64,000 nt of DNA from an uncultured Acidobacteriota bacterium (GCA_963741955.1 CAVUKB010000007.1:312558-376557); one strand, 5' to 3'. Positions 27,695 through 38,266 are shown, counted from the first letter of the stretch. A program made the numbers and translations. Notes: generated by a model not told the origin, from the sequence alone.

Positions 27695-29014
27695 ATGGCG
27701 GAACACTCGAGCAGTGCGAAACTGATTCGTGCCGTCGGATTCTGGGGGCTGGTCGCGTTCACCATCAACGCGGTGATCGGGAGCGGCGTGTACCTCCTGC
27801 CGTCCGAGACGTTCCGCCTTCTCGGTCCGTTCTCGCTGTGGGCCCCTCTCCTCTTCTCCATTCCGGTTTTCATTCTGGTGCTCTGCTTCGCCGAGGCGGC
27901 GAGTCACTTCGACAAACCGGGAGGGGCATACGTTTACTCTCGTGCGGCGTTCGGCGACTTCATCGGATTCGAGACCGGTTGGATGAACACCCTGGCGCGG
28001 CTCACGTCACTCGCGGCGCTGTCGAACGGACTGGTTCTTTCGATCGCGAGGCTCGCACCGGGCGCGGCGGAAGGAGTGATGCGGACGTGGATCATCGTGG
28101 GGACGCTTCTCTTTTTCGGCGTCATCCATGCGCTGGGGATCAGATTCGGTGCGGGAACGATCTACGGCCTGACGCTCGGGAAGCTGATCCCGCTGGTGAT
28201 CTTCATCGCCGTGGCGGTCGCGGTGTTCCACTTCAATCCTCTTCCCGCCTCGGTGAAACTGCCGCCGATTCACGAGACGCAATGGAGCGAAGCGGCGCTG
28301 CTTCTCCTCTTCGCGTACGCGGGGTTCGAGAACGTCGCTGTCCCGGCGGGAGAGTTCAGGAATCCGAAGAGGGATCTCCCGTTCGCACTTCTGCTCGGGA
28401 TCGTCGGGATCGCTCTCGTGTATTCGCTCGCGCAGCTCGGCGCGATGGCCTCGCTCCAGAGCCTCGACACCTCCACGCCGATCGCCGATGCGGCTGCGGT
28501 GGTGCTCGGGAAGTTCGGAGCGGTCCTGATCACCGTCGGCGCGATCATCTCCATCGCCGGGACGAACGTCGGCACCGTGCTCGAGTCCTCGCGGATGGTC
28601 TACGCGCTCTCCGCGGACCGGAAGCCTTACAAGCTTCTCGCGTGGGTGCATCCGACGTTTCACACTCCGGTGGTCGCGATCGCGCTGATCATCGCGGCGG
28701 CGATTCCGATGGCACTGATGGGATCGTTCGTGCAGCTCGCGGCGCTCTCGGCCGTCGCACGCATGACGACGTATCTCTTCACCGCGGCGTCGCTTCCGCG
28801 ACTGAAGAAAGGTGGATCGTTCTTTCTCGGCAACTGGGCCTGGGTGGTCGCGATTCTGGGGACGCTGATCTCGCTGCTGCTTTTCTTCACGCTCGAGGAG
28901 AAGCATTTCGTCCCGGCAATTCTCGCGTTGTTGACCGGTGCGGTGCTGTGGGTGGGGTCGCGAATCTTCGGGAAGATCGACGTCGAGGCCGAGGAGGCCT
29001 CGGCGGAAACGTAG
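27695..29014 (+). CDS. APC superfamily amino acid permease
   Basis: ATG verified at 27695. 12-TM profile. GFWGLVAFTINAVIGSGVYLLP N-terminal consensus. Confidence 0.85.
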   Translation: MAEHSSSAKLIRAVGFWGLVAFTINAVIGSGVYLLPSETFRLLGPFSLWAPLLFSIPVFILVLCFAEAASHFDKPGGAYVYSRAAFGDFIGFETGWMNTLARLTSLAALSNGLVLSIARLAPGAAEGVMRTWIIVGTLLFFGVIHALGIRFGAGTIYGLTLGKLIPLVIFIAVAVAVFHFNPLPASVKLPPIHETQWSEAALLLLFAYAGFENVAVPAGEFRNPKRDLPFALLLGIVGIALVYSLAQLGAMASLQSLDTSTPIADAAAVVLGKFGAVLITVGAIISIAGTNVGTVLESSRMVYALSADRKPYKLLAWVHPTFHTPVVAIALIIAAAIPMALMGSFVQLAALSAVARMTTYLFTAASLPRLKKGGSFFLGNWAWVVAILGTLISLLLFFTLEEKHFVPAILALLTGAVLWVGSRIFGKIDVEAEEASAET

Positions 29015-29245
29015 GAGCGCCGAGGGGCGCCGGCTTCCAGCCGGCAGCGGTCAGGCCTCCGCGCCTGACCGCGAGGGAGCTCGGGAGAAGTGAGAGATCT
29101 CGCGCGGTGCAGGGACGCGGATTGAACGCACGAGGTGACGAGCGCGGGACGCTCGTCACGAGCCGGCAGGGATGCCGGCGGTCCATATCGGATCGTCACG
29201 AATTCGGCAGCGATGACGGCGGTCCGGAGAACGGGAGGAGAATCG

Positions 29246-30199
29246 ATGAAGAAACTCAAGATCGTGATGATCGTCGCGCTCATCCTCACGATGGCGATCC
29301 CCGCGCTGGCGAACTTCCGCGAATTCGAGAAGATTCCGGTCGATCCGCAGCTGCAGGCGGCCGTCGATGCGATCGCACGGCGGGCGACGACGGAATTCGC
29401 GGGCCAGAAGCTGACGCCGGAGGACTTCGCGATCTCGCTGGTCGATCTCACGGATCCCGCGCATCCGCGCCGGGCGAGCTTCCACGGAGACGTCCCGTTC
29501 TATCCGGCGAGCGTGGTGAAGCTCTTCTTCCTCGTCGACGCGTGGCATCAGATCGATGCCCGCACGCTGGTGCCGGACGAGGAGATGAAGCGCGGGCTGA
29601 GGGACATGATCGTCCAGTCGTCGAACGACGCGACGTCGTACGTCGTGGATCGCATCACGCGCACCACCAGCGGACCGAATCTCTACGGGAGAAAGTGGCG
29701 GATCTTCGAGGAAAGGCGGTTCGCTCCGACCCGCTGGTTCCGGGAGATGGGGTACGACGTGAGCGCGGCGATCAAGACGTTCTGCGAAGGACCGTACGGG
29801 CGCGAGGTCGAGCTGCTGGGACCGAACTACGAAAATCGGAATCACGCCACTGCGGATGCGATCGCATCGCTGGAGACGTGGATCGCGCGAAAGGAAGCGG
29901 TGTCGCCGGAAGCGAGCGAAGCGATGCTCGCGCTGATGCACCGGACGGTTCCAGCGGACGATCCGGGCGTCACCGACGAGCAGGTGATCCATTTCCTCGG
30001 GCAGACGCTCCCGGCGGGGTCAGAGCTGTGGTCGAAAGCCGGATGGACCAGCACGGTGTGGCACGATGCAGCGATCGTCCAGCTTCCGACGGGACAGCGT
30101 TACGTCGCGGTGGTGATGACGCGGAATGCGGTCGATGGTGACGGAATATTCGCGGCGCTGTCGGAGTGGATTCGCGGAGCGATCGTGACGGTGAAGTAG
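29246..30199 (+). CDS. Class A beta-lactamase-related serine hydrolase (SxxK / SxN / K[ST]G motifs present), secreted
   Basis: ATG verified at 29246 with GGGAGGAG upstream. Signal peptide. ASVVKLF (SxxK), SSNDAT (SDN), KAGWT (KTG). Confidence 0.7.
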   Translation: MKKLKIVMIVALILTMAIPALANFREFEKIPVDPQLQAAVDAIARRATTEFAGQKLTPEDFAISLVDLTDPAHPRRASFHGDVPFYPASVVKLFFLVDAWHQIDARTLVPDEEMKRGLRDMIVQSSNDATSYVVDRITRTTSGPNLYGRKWRIFEERRFAPTRWFREMGYDVSAAIKTFCEGPYGREVELLGPNYENRNHATADAIASLETWIARKEAVSPEASEAMLALMHRTVPADDPGVTDEQVIHFLGQTLPAGSELWSKAGWTSTVWHDAAIVQLPTGQRYVAVVMTRNAVDGDGIFAALSEWIRGAIVTVK

Positions 30200-30378
30200 G
30201 ATTACGTCTGACGCAAAAGTGAGGCTTCGACCCCCATCGCGGAGTCGGGAAAATGCAACCGCGCTGATTCGGAATCGTATTTCGAAGACGGAAGCGGCAA
30301 AAAAATTGTGCTCCCCCGAACGGGGGAGTAGAATCCGCGGTAACCGTTTACATCGAGTATCTCCGGAGGAAGAAAGAT

Positions 30379-33318
30379 ATGGCTGGTTCACGCATTCTAC
30401 GTATCGCCGTCTTTTTCTGCCTGATCGGACTGGTCGGCTCGCTCGCGTTCGCGCAGCAGGTCGGCTCCATCAGCGGAAAAGTGACCACATCGTCGGGAGA
30501 GGTTCTCCCCGGCGTGACCGTCGAGGCACGATCGAACGTGCTTCCCCAGGCCCGGGTCACCACGACCGCGGCCAACGGGGTTTACAGGTTTCCGGCGCTG
30601 CCTCCAGGCAAGTACACCGTGCAGTTCTCTCTCGCCGGGATGCAGGCGCAGACCCGCGACGTGCAGGTCTACCTGAACATCGACTCCCCGGTCGACGTGC
30701 AGATGGGAATTGCGGGGGTGAGCGAGAGCATCACCGTCACTGCGCAGACCCCCTTCACCGACCCCACCACGACGGCGATCAAGAGCGCCATTCCGCAGGA
30801 AGCGATCGAGCGGCTCCCGGTCGGACAGGAGTACCGCGATCTGATCAAGCTCGCCCCGGGCGTTCAGGTCAACGAGGCATCGGTCCGTGGACCGGCGGCC
30901 GGCGGAAGTGAACAGGACAACATCTATCAGTTCGACGGCGTGAACGTGACGCTCCCTCTCTTCGGAACGCTCGCGGCGGAGCCGTCCTCCCAGGACATCG
31001 AGCAGATCACCGTCGTCAAAGGCGGCGCGAAGGCGGTCGATTTTAACCGTTCGGCCGGGTTCACCATCGACTCCGTCAGTAAGTCGGGAACGAGTGAATT
31101 CAAGGGCGACGTGAAGTACCAGTTCCAGAACGCCGGAATGACGGCGGATCAGGTCGGCACGTCGCTTTCCCAGTACGACCAGGACCGCGCCTGGGCCAGT
31201 CTCGGAATCGGCGGTCCGATCATGAAGGACCGCCTCTACTTCTACGGGTCGTACTACCGTCCGACCATCGATCGGGCGAACAGCTCGAACCTCTACGGCG
31301 ACGTGCCGAACTTCAAGAGTACTCGTGACGAGTACTTCGGGAAGCTGACCTACACGCCGACCAGCAAGATCCTTCTCAACGGAAGCTATCGCGACTCGAG
31401 CCGCACGGACGATAACGCCAGCATCGGTGGCGCGGAAGCTCCGAGTGCAGCCACGAACAACGAATCCAAACAGAAGATCGGGATTCTCGAGGCGTCGTGG
31501 GTGGTCACTGACCGCAGCTACGTCAGCGCAAAATACAATGACTACGCGCTGAAGACGGCCGGCGTCCCGCAGACGGTTCTTTCCGTCGTTCCGAACCTGA
31601 CCCCGGGAACCACCCTCGACATCGGGAACATGGCGCAGATGGGCTACTTCGAAGTTCCGTCACTCATCGAGGGGAACGACGCCTTCAACTCGTTCATCGC
31701 GCCATTCGTCGACCAATACGGGTTCATCCGCGATGGGACGAAAACGGGCGGCGGCGCAGTCGGCGGCGCATTCCAGTTCGACATGGACAACTTCTACCGC
31801 AAGAGCTATCAGCTCGGTTACGACGTGACGCTGGGCCGGCAGTTCACCCACGACATCCACGTCGGGTGGCAGGGATTCAAAGACTCCGAGGACCTCGGCC
31901 GCTCTTCGAACGGCTGGGGCGACATCACCGTGATCGGCGGCCGTTCCAACTGCCCCGCGGACACCGGGTGCGAAGGTCAGCCGATCTACTTCCAGGCCGA
32001 CGTGCAGCGGTCGAGCGAAGCCGCACTCGGCACGCAGGTCATCCATTCCGAGTATCAGTCGCAGAACGTCGAGCTCAACGACACCATGCGTACCGGCAAC
32101 TGGTCGTTCAATGTCGGCGTACTCGCCAGCAACGACACCCTGTACGGTCAGGGTCTTCGCGAAGATTCGTCGACCATCTCCGGATACGTTGCTGACCCGG
32201 GACACAAGTACAAGATGCACACCATCAAGTGGTCCGATCAGATCCAGCCGCGTCTCGGCGTGACCTGGGCCTACAACGGGACCGATACCGCGTACGTCAG
32301 CTACGCCCGCTACAACCCGATCGCGAGCTCGCTCCCGCGCGCCGCATCGTGGGATCGCAACACGCTCGGTCTCGTCACCCGCGCCTACTTCGACCAGAAT
32401 GGTGCTCTGATCGGCAGCGAACAGCTGGCGTCGAGCTCTGGAAAGCTGTTTCAGCAGGGGATCAAGCCGCGTTACACCGACGAGTACCTGATCGGTACCG
32501 GACGCCAGATCAACAGCCGCTGGAGCGCACGTGCCTATGCACGCTACCGCTACTCCTCGCGGTTCTGGGAAGACACCCCGAACAACGCGCGCCTCTATGC
32601 CAACGCGCCCGACTCGGTGCCGCATGAGCTCTACATCCCGAATCTGAACGACATGCGCAATCAGATCGGGAGCGGCTCAAGCTACGTCATCGCGACCCTC
32701 GACGGTGCGTTCACCAAGTACTACGAAGCGACGTTCGAGTCGAACCTCCAGGCGACCGAGAACCTCTACTTCCACGGCACCTACACCTGGAGCCACTACT
32801 ACGGGAACTTCGACCAGGACGCGACCAGCACCACGTACGACTTCGCGACCTTCATCGGCTCGTCGAACATCGCCGATGGTCCCGGCCGCCAGGTGTGGGA
32901 CAACAAGTACGGCAACCTTCACGCGGATCGCCGCAACCTCCTCAAGCTCGACGGCTACTACCGGCTTCCGTGGAATGCCACAGTGGGCGCCTTCACCTTC
33001 TATCAGTCGGGCGACCACTGGGAGGCGTGGAGCTACGAGCCGTACAGCAGTCTCACCAGCTCGAGGAGTGACACCAACCGTTATGCCGAACCGGCAGGTT
33101 CTCGCACCAGCCCGGCGCATTACCAGCTGGATCTCGACTACACGCAGAACATCCCGATTCACAACCTCAACCTCCAGCTGATCGGAGACGTCTTCAACCT
33201 ATTCGACAAGCAGACGGGCTATTCGCCACAGCCCGCCGTGCACAGTTCGTTGTTCGGCCAGCCGCGACTCCGTTTCGCGCCGCGGCGCTTCCAGCTGGCG
33301 GTTCGCCTGCAGTTCTAG
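30379..33318 (+). CDS. TonB-dependent outer-membrane receptor with N-terminal carboxypeptidase-regulatory-like domain
   Basis: ATG verified at 30379. Signal peptide. CarboxypepD_reg-like (SISGKVTTSSGEVLPGVTVEA...ANGVYRFPALPPGKYTV). Plug and barrel; terminal ...RLQF aromatic. Confidence 0.8.
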   Translation: MAGSRILRIAVFFCLIGLVGSLAFAQQVGSISGKVTTSSGEVLPGVTVEARSNVLPQARVTTTAANGVYRFPALPPGKYTVQFSLAGMQAQTRDVQVYLNIDSPVDVQMGIAGVSESITVTAQTPFTDPTTTAIKSAIPQEAIERLPVGQEYRDLIKLAPGVQVNEASVRGPAAGGSEQDNIYQFDGVNVTLPLFGTLAAEPSSQDIEQITVVKGGAKAVDFNRSAGFTIDSVSKSGTSEFKGDVKYQFQNAGMTADQVGTSLSQYDQDRAWASLGIGGPIMKDRLYFYGSYYRPTIDRANSSNLYGDVPNFKSTRDEYFGKLTYTPTSKILLNGSYRDSSRTDDNASIGGAEAPSAATNNESKQKIGILEASWVVTDRSYVSAKYNDYALKTAGVPQTVLSVVPNLTPGTTLDIGNMAQMGYFEVPSLIEGNDAFNSFIAPFVDQYGFIRDGTKTGGGAVGGAFQFDMDNFYRKSYQLGYDVTLGRQFTHDIHVGWQGFKDSEDLGRSSNGWGDITVIGGRSNCPADTGCEGQPIYFQADVQRSSEAALGTQVIHSEYQSQNVELNDTMRTGNWSFNVGVLASNDTLYGQGLREDSSTISGYVADPGHKYKMHTIKWSDQIQPRLGVTWAYNGTDTAYVSYARYNPIASSLPRAASWDRNTLGLVTRAYFDQNGALIGSEQLASSSGKLFQQGIKPRYTDEYLIGTGRQINSRWSARAYARYRYSSRFWEDTPNNARLYANAPDSVPHELYIPNLNDMRNQIGSGSSYVIATLDGAFTKYYEATFESNLQATENLYFHGTYTWSHYYGNFDQDATSTTYDFATFIGSSNIADGPGRQVWDNKYGNLHADRRNLLKLDGYYRLPWNATVGAFTFYQSGDHWEAWSYEPYSSLTSSRSDTNRYAEPAGSRTSPAHYQLDLDYTQNIPIHNLNLQLIGDVFNLFDKQTGYSPQPAVHSSLFGQPRLRFAPRRFQLAVRLQF

Positions 33319-33342
33319 GCGAGGGCTTCACGCGTCACTCGA

Positions 33343-33374
33343 AAGGCCCGGGCTTGCCCGGGCCTTTCTGTTTG
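33343..33374 (+). terminator. Rho-independent terminator after the TonB-dependent receptor gene
   Basis: gaaaggcccgggc-ttg-cccgggcctttc followed by tgttt. Confidence 0.6.
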
Positions 33375-33538
33375 AAGAGGAGTGCGAAATGCAGAGTCTG
33401 GAATGGAGTCTGTCGGATGCGTCGGGGCGGGTCACTTTGGGGTGAGGATCCCGCGCACCGGCGGTCGCGCCATTCACCGCACTCGCCGGTTTCGATCGGG
33501 ACGCTGGCGGCTCCGCGGCGGACCGTCTGACCCCGTTC

Positions 33539-35578
33539 CTACTGAACCCGATCGAACAGGCGCTCGTTCGCGATCAATTGCTGCGTCATCGCATTCGCGT
33601 GCACCTTCGCGATGGCGATGCGCGACGCGGCGTCGGGCTCCTGCAGCAGGACGCTCACCTGGGCGCGTTTGAAGAGCGCCATCGGATATCCGGGATCGCT
33701 CGCGGTGACGCGATCGAGCGCGTCTCGGGCATCGGCGAGCCTGCGCGCATCGAGGTAAAGCACTCCGAGCTCGAGATCGTGTGCGAACCGGGAGCCTTCG
33801 GTCGTCCTCGCCCGCTCGAACGCATCGAGCGCCACCGGAGTATTGCCGACGCGCATCGCGAGCTCGCCGAGGTGAACCAGCTCCGCGCCGTCGGGCGACT
33901 TCATGCCGAATGCGCGCTGGTAGAGATCGACGGCCTGATCGAGCTCCCCTTCACGCTCCCGTATCGCTGCGAGCCCTTCGATGGCGGGAAGGCGGTCGGG
34001 CGTCTTCGCCAGCACCTTCTCGAGCAGGGGTGCGGCACGGTCGGGCTGCCCGCCACGGAGATAGTGAAGTGCGAGATACATCTTCACGTCGAGCGAATCC
34101 GGCGCGATCGCTTCAGCTCGATGGAACGACGCGATCGCCGCCGCGTTGCGGCCGAGCGCCGACTCGGCGACTGCGAGCCGCAGCGTGACCATGAGATTGT
34201 TCGGATCCTGGCGGAGGATCTTCTCGAAGAGCGGCACCACCTCCGCGTAACTCGCACTCCCGAACAGCGCCGATGCTTCGTCGAGCTCTCCGAACATCCC
34301 GACCATGTCGATCGGGCGGGGAGCGTCTTTTCGCAGAGGCGGACGCGCCTCCGACGCGATGTAGCCGAGACTCGCGAGCTGCTTGCGGTCTTCGTCACTC
34401 AGATCGGTGTTGCCGGCCGGCTGGTCCGGTGACGGAATCGGGTACTCGCGGATCGCGGTGCGTACGTCGCGCGGAATGGCGGCGTCCGGCGCGAGGTCCT
34501 TCGTCTCCTTCGGATCCGCCACGACGTCGTAGATCTCGAGGGAGCCGGCTTCGATGTACTTGCGGTGTCCCTCCACCGCCATTACCTGCGGCTGCCATCC
34601 GTACTGGAGAAAAGGGGCCATCGCTTCGGCGATCACCACTTCCGGTTTCGTGTTCCGAAGGCTCTCGGACCGGTCGATTCCCGCGAAATCGAGGATCGTC
34701 TGGCAGATCCGTCGTGTGCTCACAGGAGTGTCGGAGACGGCGCTGCGGAACCCTGGCCCCGTGACGATCAGCGGCACGTGAATCGTCGTTTGATAGAGCA
34801 GATTTCCGTGCTGCGACTCCCCGTGGTCGCCGAGCCCTTCGCCGTGATCACCGACCACGATGACGCCGACCGGACCGTTCGCGCGCGAGCGGAACGCGGC
34901 GACGAGGCGTCCCATCTGCTGGTCCATTTCAGCGATCTCGCCGAGATACGGCCGGCCGGCGTAGCGGGATCGGAACGGCTCGGGAGGTTCGTACGGAAAA
35001 TGAGGGTCGTAGTAATGAACCCAGACGAACAGCGGCAGCGCGGGTGACTGCGCGAGCCACCGCAGAGCGAGGTCGGTGGTCTCTTTCGAGCTTCGTTCGT
35101 TGCGGCCGCGGCCGAGTGTGTCGTCGTAGTGGTCGAATCCGCGGGCGAGACCGAACTGTCGCTCGAGCGGGAAGCCGGAGATGAACGCGGCGGTCGCGTA
35201 CCCCGCCTGGTGGAGGCGCTCCGCCACGAGCGGTTCCTTCGAGGAGAGATATCGGGCGTTCTCGTGGAGTCCGTGCGCAGCCGGATAGAGTCCGGTCATC
35301 ATCGACGTGTGAGAGGGAAGCGTCTCGGGCGCCGTGGCGTACGCCTGCCGGAATCGCATTCCTTCTGCGGCGAGAGAGTCGAACGCCGGGGTGTCGACGC
35401 CCTTCGCTTCGGGACCGATGGAATCCGCGCGGGTCGTGTCGAGAGTGACCAGAAGTATCGAAGGACGGACCGACGGGGGAGCCGGCGTCTTCGTCTCGGG
35501 CACGTTTCGCGAGCAGGCGGCGAGCGCTGCGATCGCGGCCGCTACCAACGCGATTCGGAGTGAACGGGAGATCTTCAT
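33539..35578 (-). CDS. Sulfatase-family (alkaline-phosphatase superfamily) lipoprotein with C-terminal TPR repeats
   Basis: ATG verified at 35576-35578 (MKISRSLRIALVAAAIAALAAC lipobox). Sulfatase motifs (LLVTLDTTRAD, PSHTSMMTGLYP, VGDHGEGLGDHGE). Four or more TPRs at the C-terminus. The upstream ~200 codons of the track ORF are repeat-array sequence. Confidence 0.8.
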   Translation of the reverse strand: MKISRSLRIALVAAAIAALAACSRNVPETKTPAPPSVRPSILLVTLDTTRADSIGPEAKGVDTPAFDSLAAEGMRFRQAYATAPETLPSHTSMMTGLYPAAHGLHENARYLSSKEPLVAERLHQAGYATAAFISGFPLERQFGLARGFDHYDDTLGRGRNERSSKETTDLALRWLAQSPALPLFVWVHYYDPHFPYEPPEPFRSRYAGRPYLGEIAEMDQQMGRLVAAFRSRANGPVGVIVVGDHGEGLGDHGESQHGNLLYQTTIHVPLIVTGPGFRSAVSDTPVSTRRICQTILDFAGIDRSESLRNTKPEVVIAEAMAPFLQYGWQPQVMAVEGHRKYIEAGSLEIYDVVADPKETKDLAPDAAIPRDVRTAIREYPIPSPDQPAGNTDLSDEDRKQLASLGYIASEARPPLRKDAPRPIDMVGMFGELDEASALFGSASYAEVVPLFEKILRQDPNNLMVTLRLAVAESALGRNAAAIASFHRAEAIAPDSLDVKMYLALHYLRGGQPDRAAPLLEKVLAKTPDRLPAIEGLAAIREREGELDQAVDLYQRAFGMKSPDGAELVHLGELAMRVGNTPVALDAFERARTTEGSRFAHDLELGVLYLDARRLADARDALDRVTASDPGYPMALFKRAQVSVLLQEPDAASRIAIAKVHANAMTQQLIANERLFDRVQ

Positions 35579-35649
35579 GGCGAAACGGGGATGGGTGGAT
35601 TCTATCGAGCGAGGAAACGAATCGGTGCGGTTCGATATTGCGCGGATGG

Positions 35650-37470
35650 TGTGGATGTGAAAGTGGGTCGCGCAAAGTGGGTTGCGGGTGAGTGGGTCGC
35701 GCGTCCCGCGCGAGGCTCCCCGGCATCCGTGCCGGGGAGCGATGGCGTCAACGCGGCGCAGGGCGTTCCTCTCGCGCGTCGAGGTGTTCGTGTCTCGATT
35801 CTCGGGAGGATGGGCGTGACTTGCACCGGGCAGGGCGGCGCGGGACGCCGCCCTGCATCGGACGAGACGTCCAACCCACAAGTGGGTCGCGCGCGAGTGG
35901 GTCGCGCGTCCCGCGCGAGGCTCCCCGGCATCCGTGCCGGGGAGCGATGGGGTCAACGCGGCGCAGGGCGCTTCTCTCGCGCGTCGAGGTGTTCGTGTCT
36001 CGATTCTCGGGAGGATGGTGGTGACTTGCACGGGACAGGGCGGCGCGGGACGCCGCCCTGCATCGGACGGGACGTCCAACCCACAAGCCGCTGCATCGGA
36101 CGAGACGTCCAACCCACAAGTGGGTCGCGCGCGAGTGGGTCGCGCGTCCCGCGCGAGGCTCCCCGGCATCCGTGCCGGGGAGCGATGGGGTCAACGCGGC
36201 GCAGGGCGTTCCTCTCGCGCGTCGAGGTGTTCGTGTCTCGATTCTCGGGAGGATGGTGGTGACTTGCACGGGACAGGGCGGCGCGGGACGCCGCCCTGCA
36301 TCGGACGAGACGTCCAACCCACAAAGTGGGTCGCGCGCGAGTGGGTCGCGCGTCCCGCGCGAGGCTCCCCGGCATCCGTGCCGGGGAGCGATGGCGTCAA
36401 CGTGGCGCAGGGCGCTTCTCTCGCGCGTCGAGGTGTTCGTGTCTCGATTCTCGGGAGGATCGTCGTGACTTGCACGGGACAGGGCGGCGCGGGACGCCGC
36501 CCTGCATCGGACGAGACGTCCAACCCACAAGTGGGTCGCGCGCGAGTGGGTCGCGCGTCCCGCGCGAGGCTCCCCGGCATCCGTGCCGGGGAGCGATGGG
36601 GTCAACGCGGCGCAGGGCGCTTCTCTCGCGCGTCGAGGTGTTCGTGTCTCGATTTTCGGGAGGATGGGCGTGACTTGCACGGGACAGGGCGGCGCGGGAC
36701 GCCGCCCTGCATCGGACGGGACGTCCAACCCACAAGTGGGTCGCGCGTCTCGCGCGAGGCTCCCCGGCATCCGTGCCGGGGAGCGATGGGGTGAACGCGG
36801 CGCAGGGCGCTTCTCTCGCGCGTCGAGGTGTTCGTGTTTCGATTCTCGGGAGGATGGGCGTGACTTGCACGGGACAGGGCGGCGCGGGACGCCGCCCTGC
36901 ATCGGACGGGACGTCCAACCCACAGGCCCCTGCATCGGACGAGACGTCCAACCCACAAGTGGGTTGCGGGTCCCGCGCGAGGCTCCCCGGCATCCGTGCC
37001 GGGGAGCGATGGCGTCAACGCGGCGCAGGGCGTTCCTCTCGCGCGTCGAGGTGTTCGTGTCTCGATTCTCGGGAGGATGGTGGTGACTTGCACTGGGCAG
37101 GGCGGCGCGGGACGCCGCCCTGCATCGGACGAGACGTCCAACCCACAAAGTGGTTCGCGCGTCCCGCGCGAGGCTCCCCGGCATCCGTGCCGGGGAGCGA
37201 TGGGGTCAACGCGGCGCGAGGCGCTTCTCTCGCGCGTCGAGGTGTTCGTGTTTCGATTCTCGGGAGGATGGGCGTGACTTGCACTGGACAGGGCGGCGCG
37301 GGACGCCGCCCTGCATCGGACGGGACGTCCAACCCACAGGCCCCTGCATCGGACGGGACGTCCAACCCACAGGCCCCTGCATCGGACGGGACGTCCAACC
37401 CACAAGTGGGTCGCGCGTCCCGCGCGAGGCTCCCCGGCATCCGTGCCGGGGAGCGATGCCATCGACGCGG
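35650..37470. repeat. Intergenic tandem array: ~9 copies of a ~190-250-bp unit (variable number of ~30-bp gcatcggacgggacgtccaacccacaagcc sub-repeats), each with two 11-bp GC hairpins
   Basis: Anchor ggctccccggcatccgtgccggggagcgatgg recurs at ~35714, 35925, 36160, 36363, 36568, 36750, 36980, 37172 and 37430. Hairpins gctccccggca-tccg-tgccggggagc and gcagggcggcg-cggga-cgccgccctgc. Fills the whole space between the sulfatase start and the DUF4142 stop. Confidence 0.9.
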
Positions 37471-37475
37471 CGCGA

Positions 37476-38030
37476 TCAGGAGCCGATCGAACCTTCCAAT
37501 CCCTGGGCGATCGACAGATGCTTTTGAATTCCCTGATCGATCGCCTGCAGGAGATTGCGGAGCTTCGCATTCCGGGTCGCCGGAATCAACGTATCCTGCA
37601 GCAGCCGGTGGACGTAACCGTGGACCGCGGCCTCGGTCTGGACGAATTTCCGGTCGAACGCTGCACCCTGATAGGTCTGAAGAGCCTGTACGGTCTGGTC
37701 GGCATTGTCGGAGAGCGTGCGGGCGGCGTCGGAATCGAGCGCGGTGACGTGGATCTGAGACAGTGTGCTGCTGATCTTGTCCGCCACATCGTGATGATCC
37801 GACAGCATGGTCTGGGCGAACTCCTTGACACCCGGGGTCGTCGCGCGGCTGCTCGCCAGCTCCGCCTGACGGATCGCCCCCTGGTTGATGGTGGAGATGA
37901 TTCCGGCGATCTGGCCGTCCGTGAAGCCGGGCTGGACCGCTGGCTGCGTCGAAGCGCACCCGGCCAGGGTCGCGGCGAAGACCACCGCCCCGACCAATGT
38001 GATTCCGATTCGAATCGGAGAATGCTTCAT
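37476..38030 (-). CDS. DUF4142 domain lipoprotein
   Basis: ATG verified at 38028-38030 with AGGAGG upstream. Lipobox LAGC. DUF4142-like helical sequence (...FAQTMLSDHHDVADKIS...FDRKFVQTEAAVH). Confidence 0.7.
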   Translation of the reverse strand: MKHSPIRIGITLVGAVVFAATLAGCASTQPAVQPGFTDGQIAGIISTINQGAIRQAELASSRATTPGVKEFAQTMLSDHHDVADKISSTLSQIHVTALDSDAARTLSDNADQTVQALQTYQGAAFDRKFVQTEAAVHGYVHRLLQDTLIPATRNAKLRNLLQAIDQGIQKHLSIAQGLEGSIGS

Positions 38031-38266
38031 CTCGAGTCCTCCTTCTGAGACAAGACTGCGGGTTGCGCGAAGATCGCAGCAAAGTTCGAGCCCGGAGGCA
38101 AACGAGTCGGAGCTATCGTCACTCCGAAGAGCGGACGCCGGGAATGTCTCCCCTTGCAGCACGCGACTCGCGGGAGGAGGTCGTAATGAAGGGTCTGTCG
38201 CTCACCGTCATCCTGACGATCGTGGTGCTGCTGATCGGGTGGGACTTCGGGCGTGGTGTCTTGCCT

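Noticed and set aside
30200-30378. Hairpin gctcccccgaacgggggag upstream of the TonB-dependent receptor as a terminator
   Set aside because: It is not followed by a T-tract and sits ~60 nt before the start codon. It is more likely a leader or regulatory hairpin, so it is not called.
35650-37470. Possible CRISPR array (regular repeats with hairpins)
   Set aside because: Units are ~200 bp and near-identical along their whole length. There are no unique spacer-sized segments between short repeats, and no cas genes in the window.
35934-37747. Multiple + and - strand ORFs in the array (MPGSDGVNAAQG..., MPGSLARDARPT...; up to 478 aa)
   Set aside because: They consist entirely of repeat units and overlap each other in several frames on both strands. 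Unit length varies by non-multiples of 3. These are repeat-derived artefacts.
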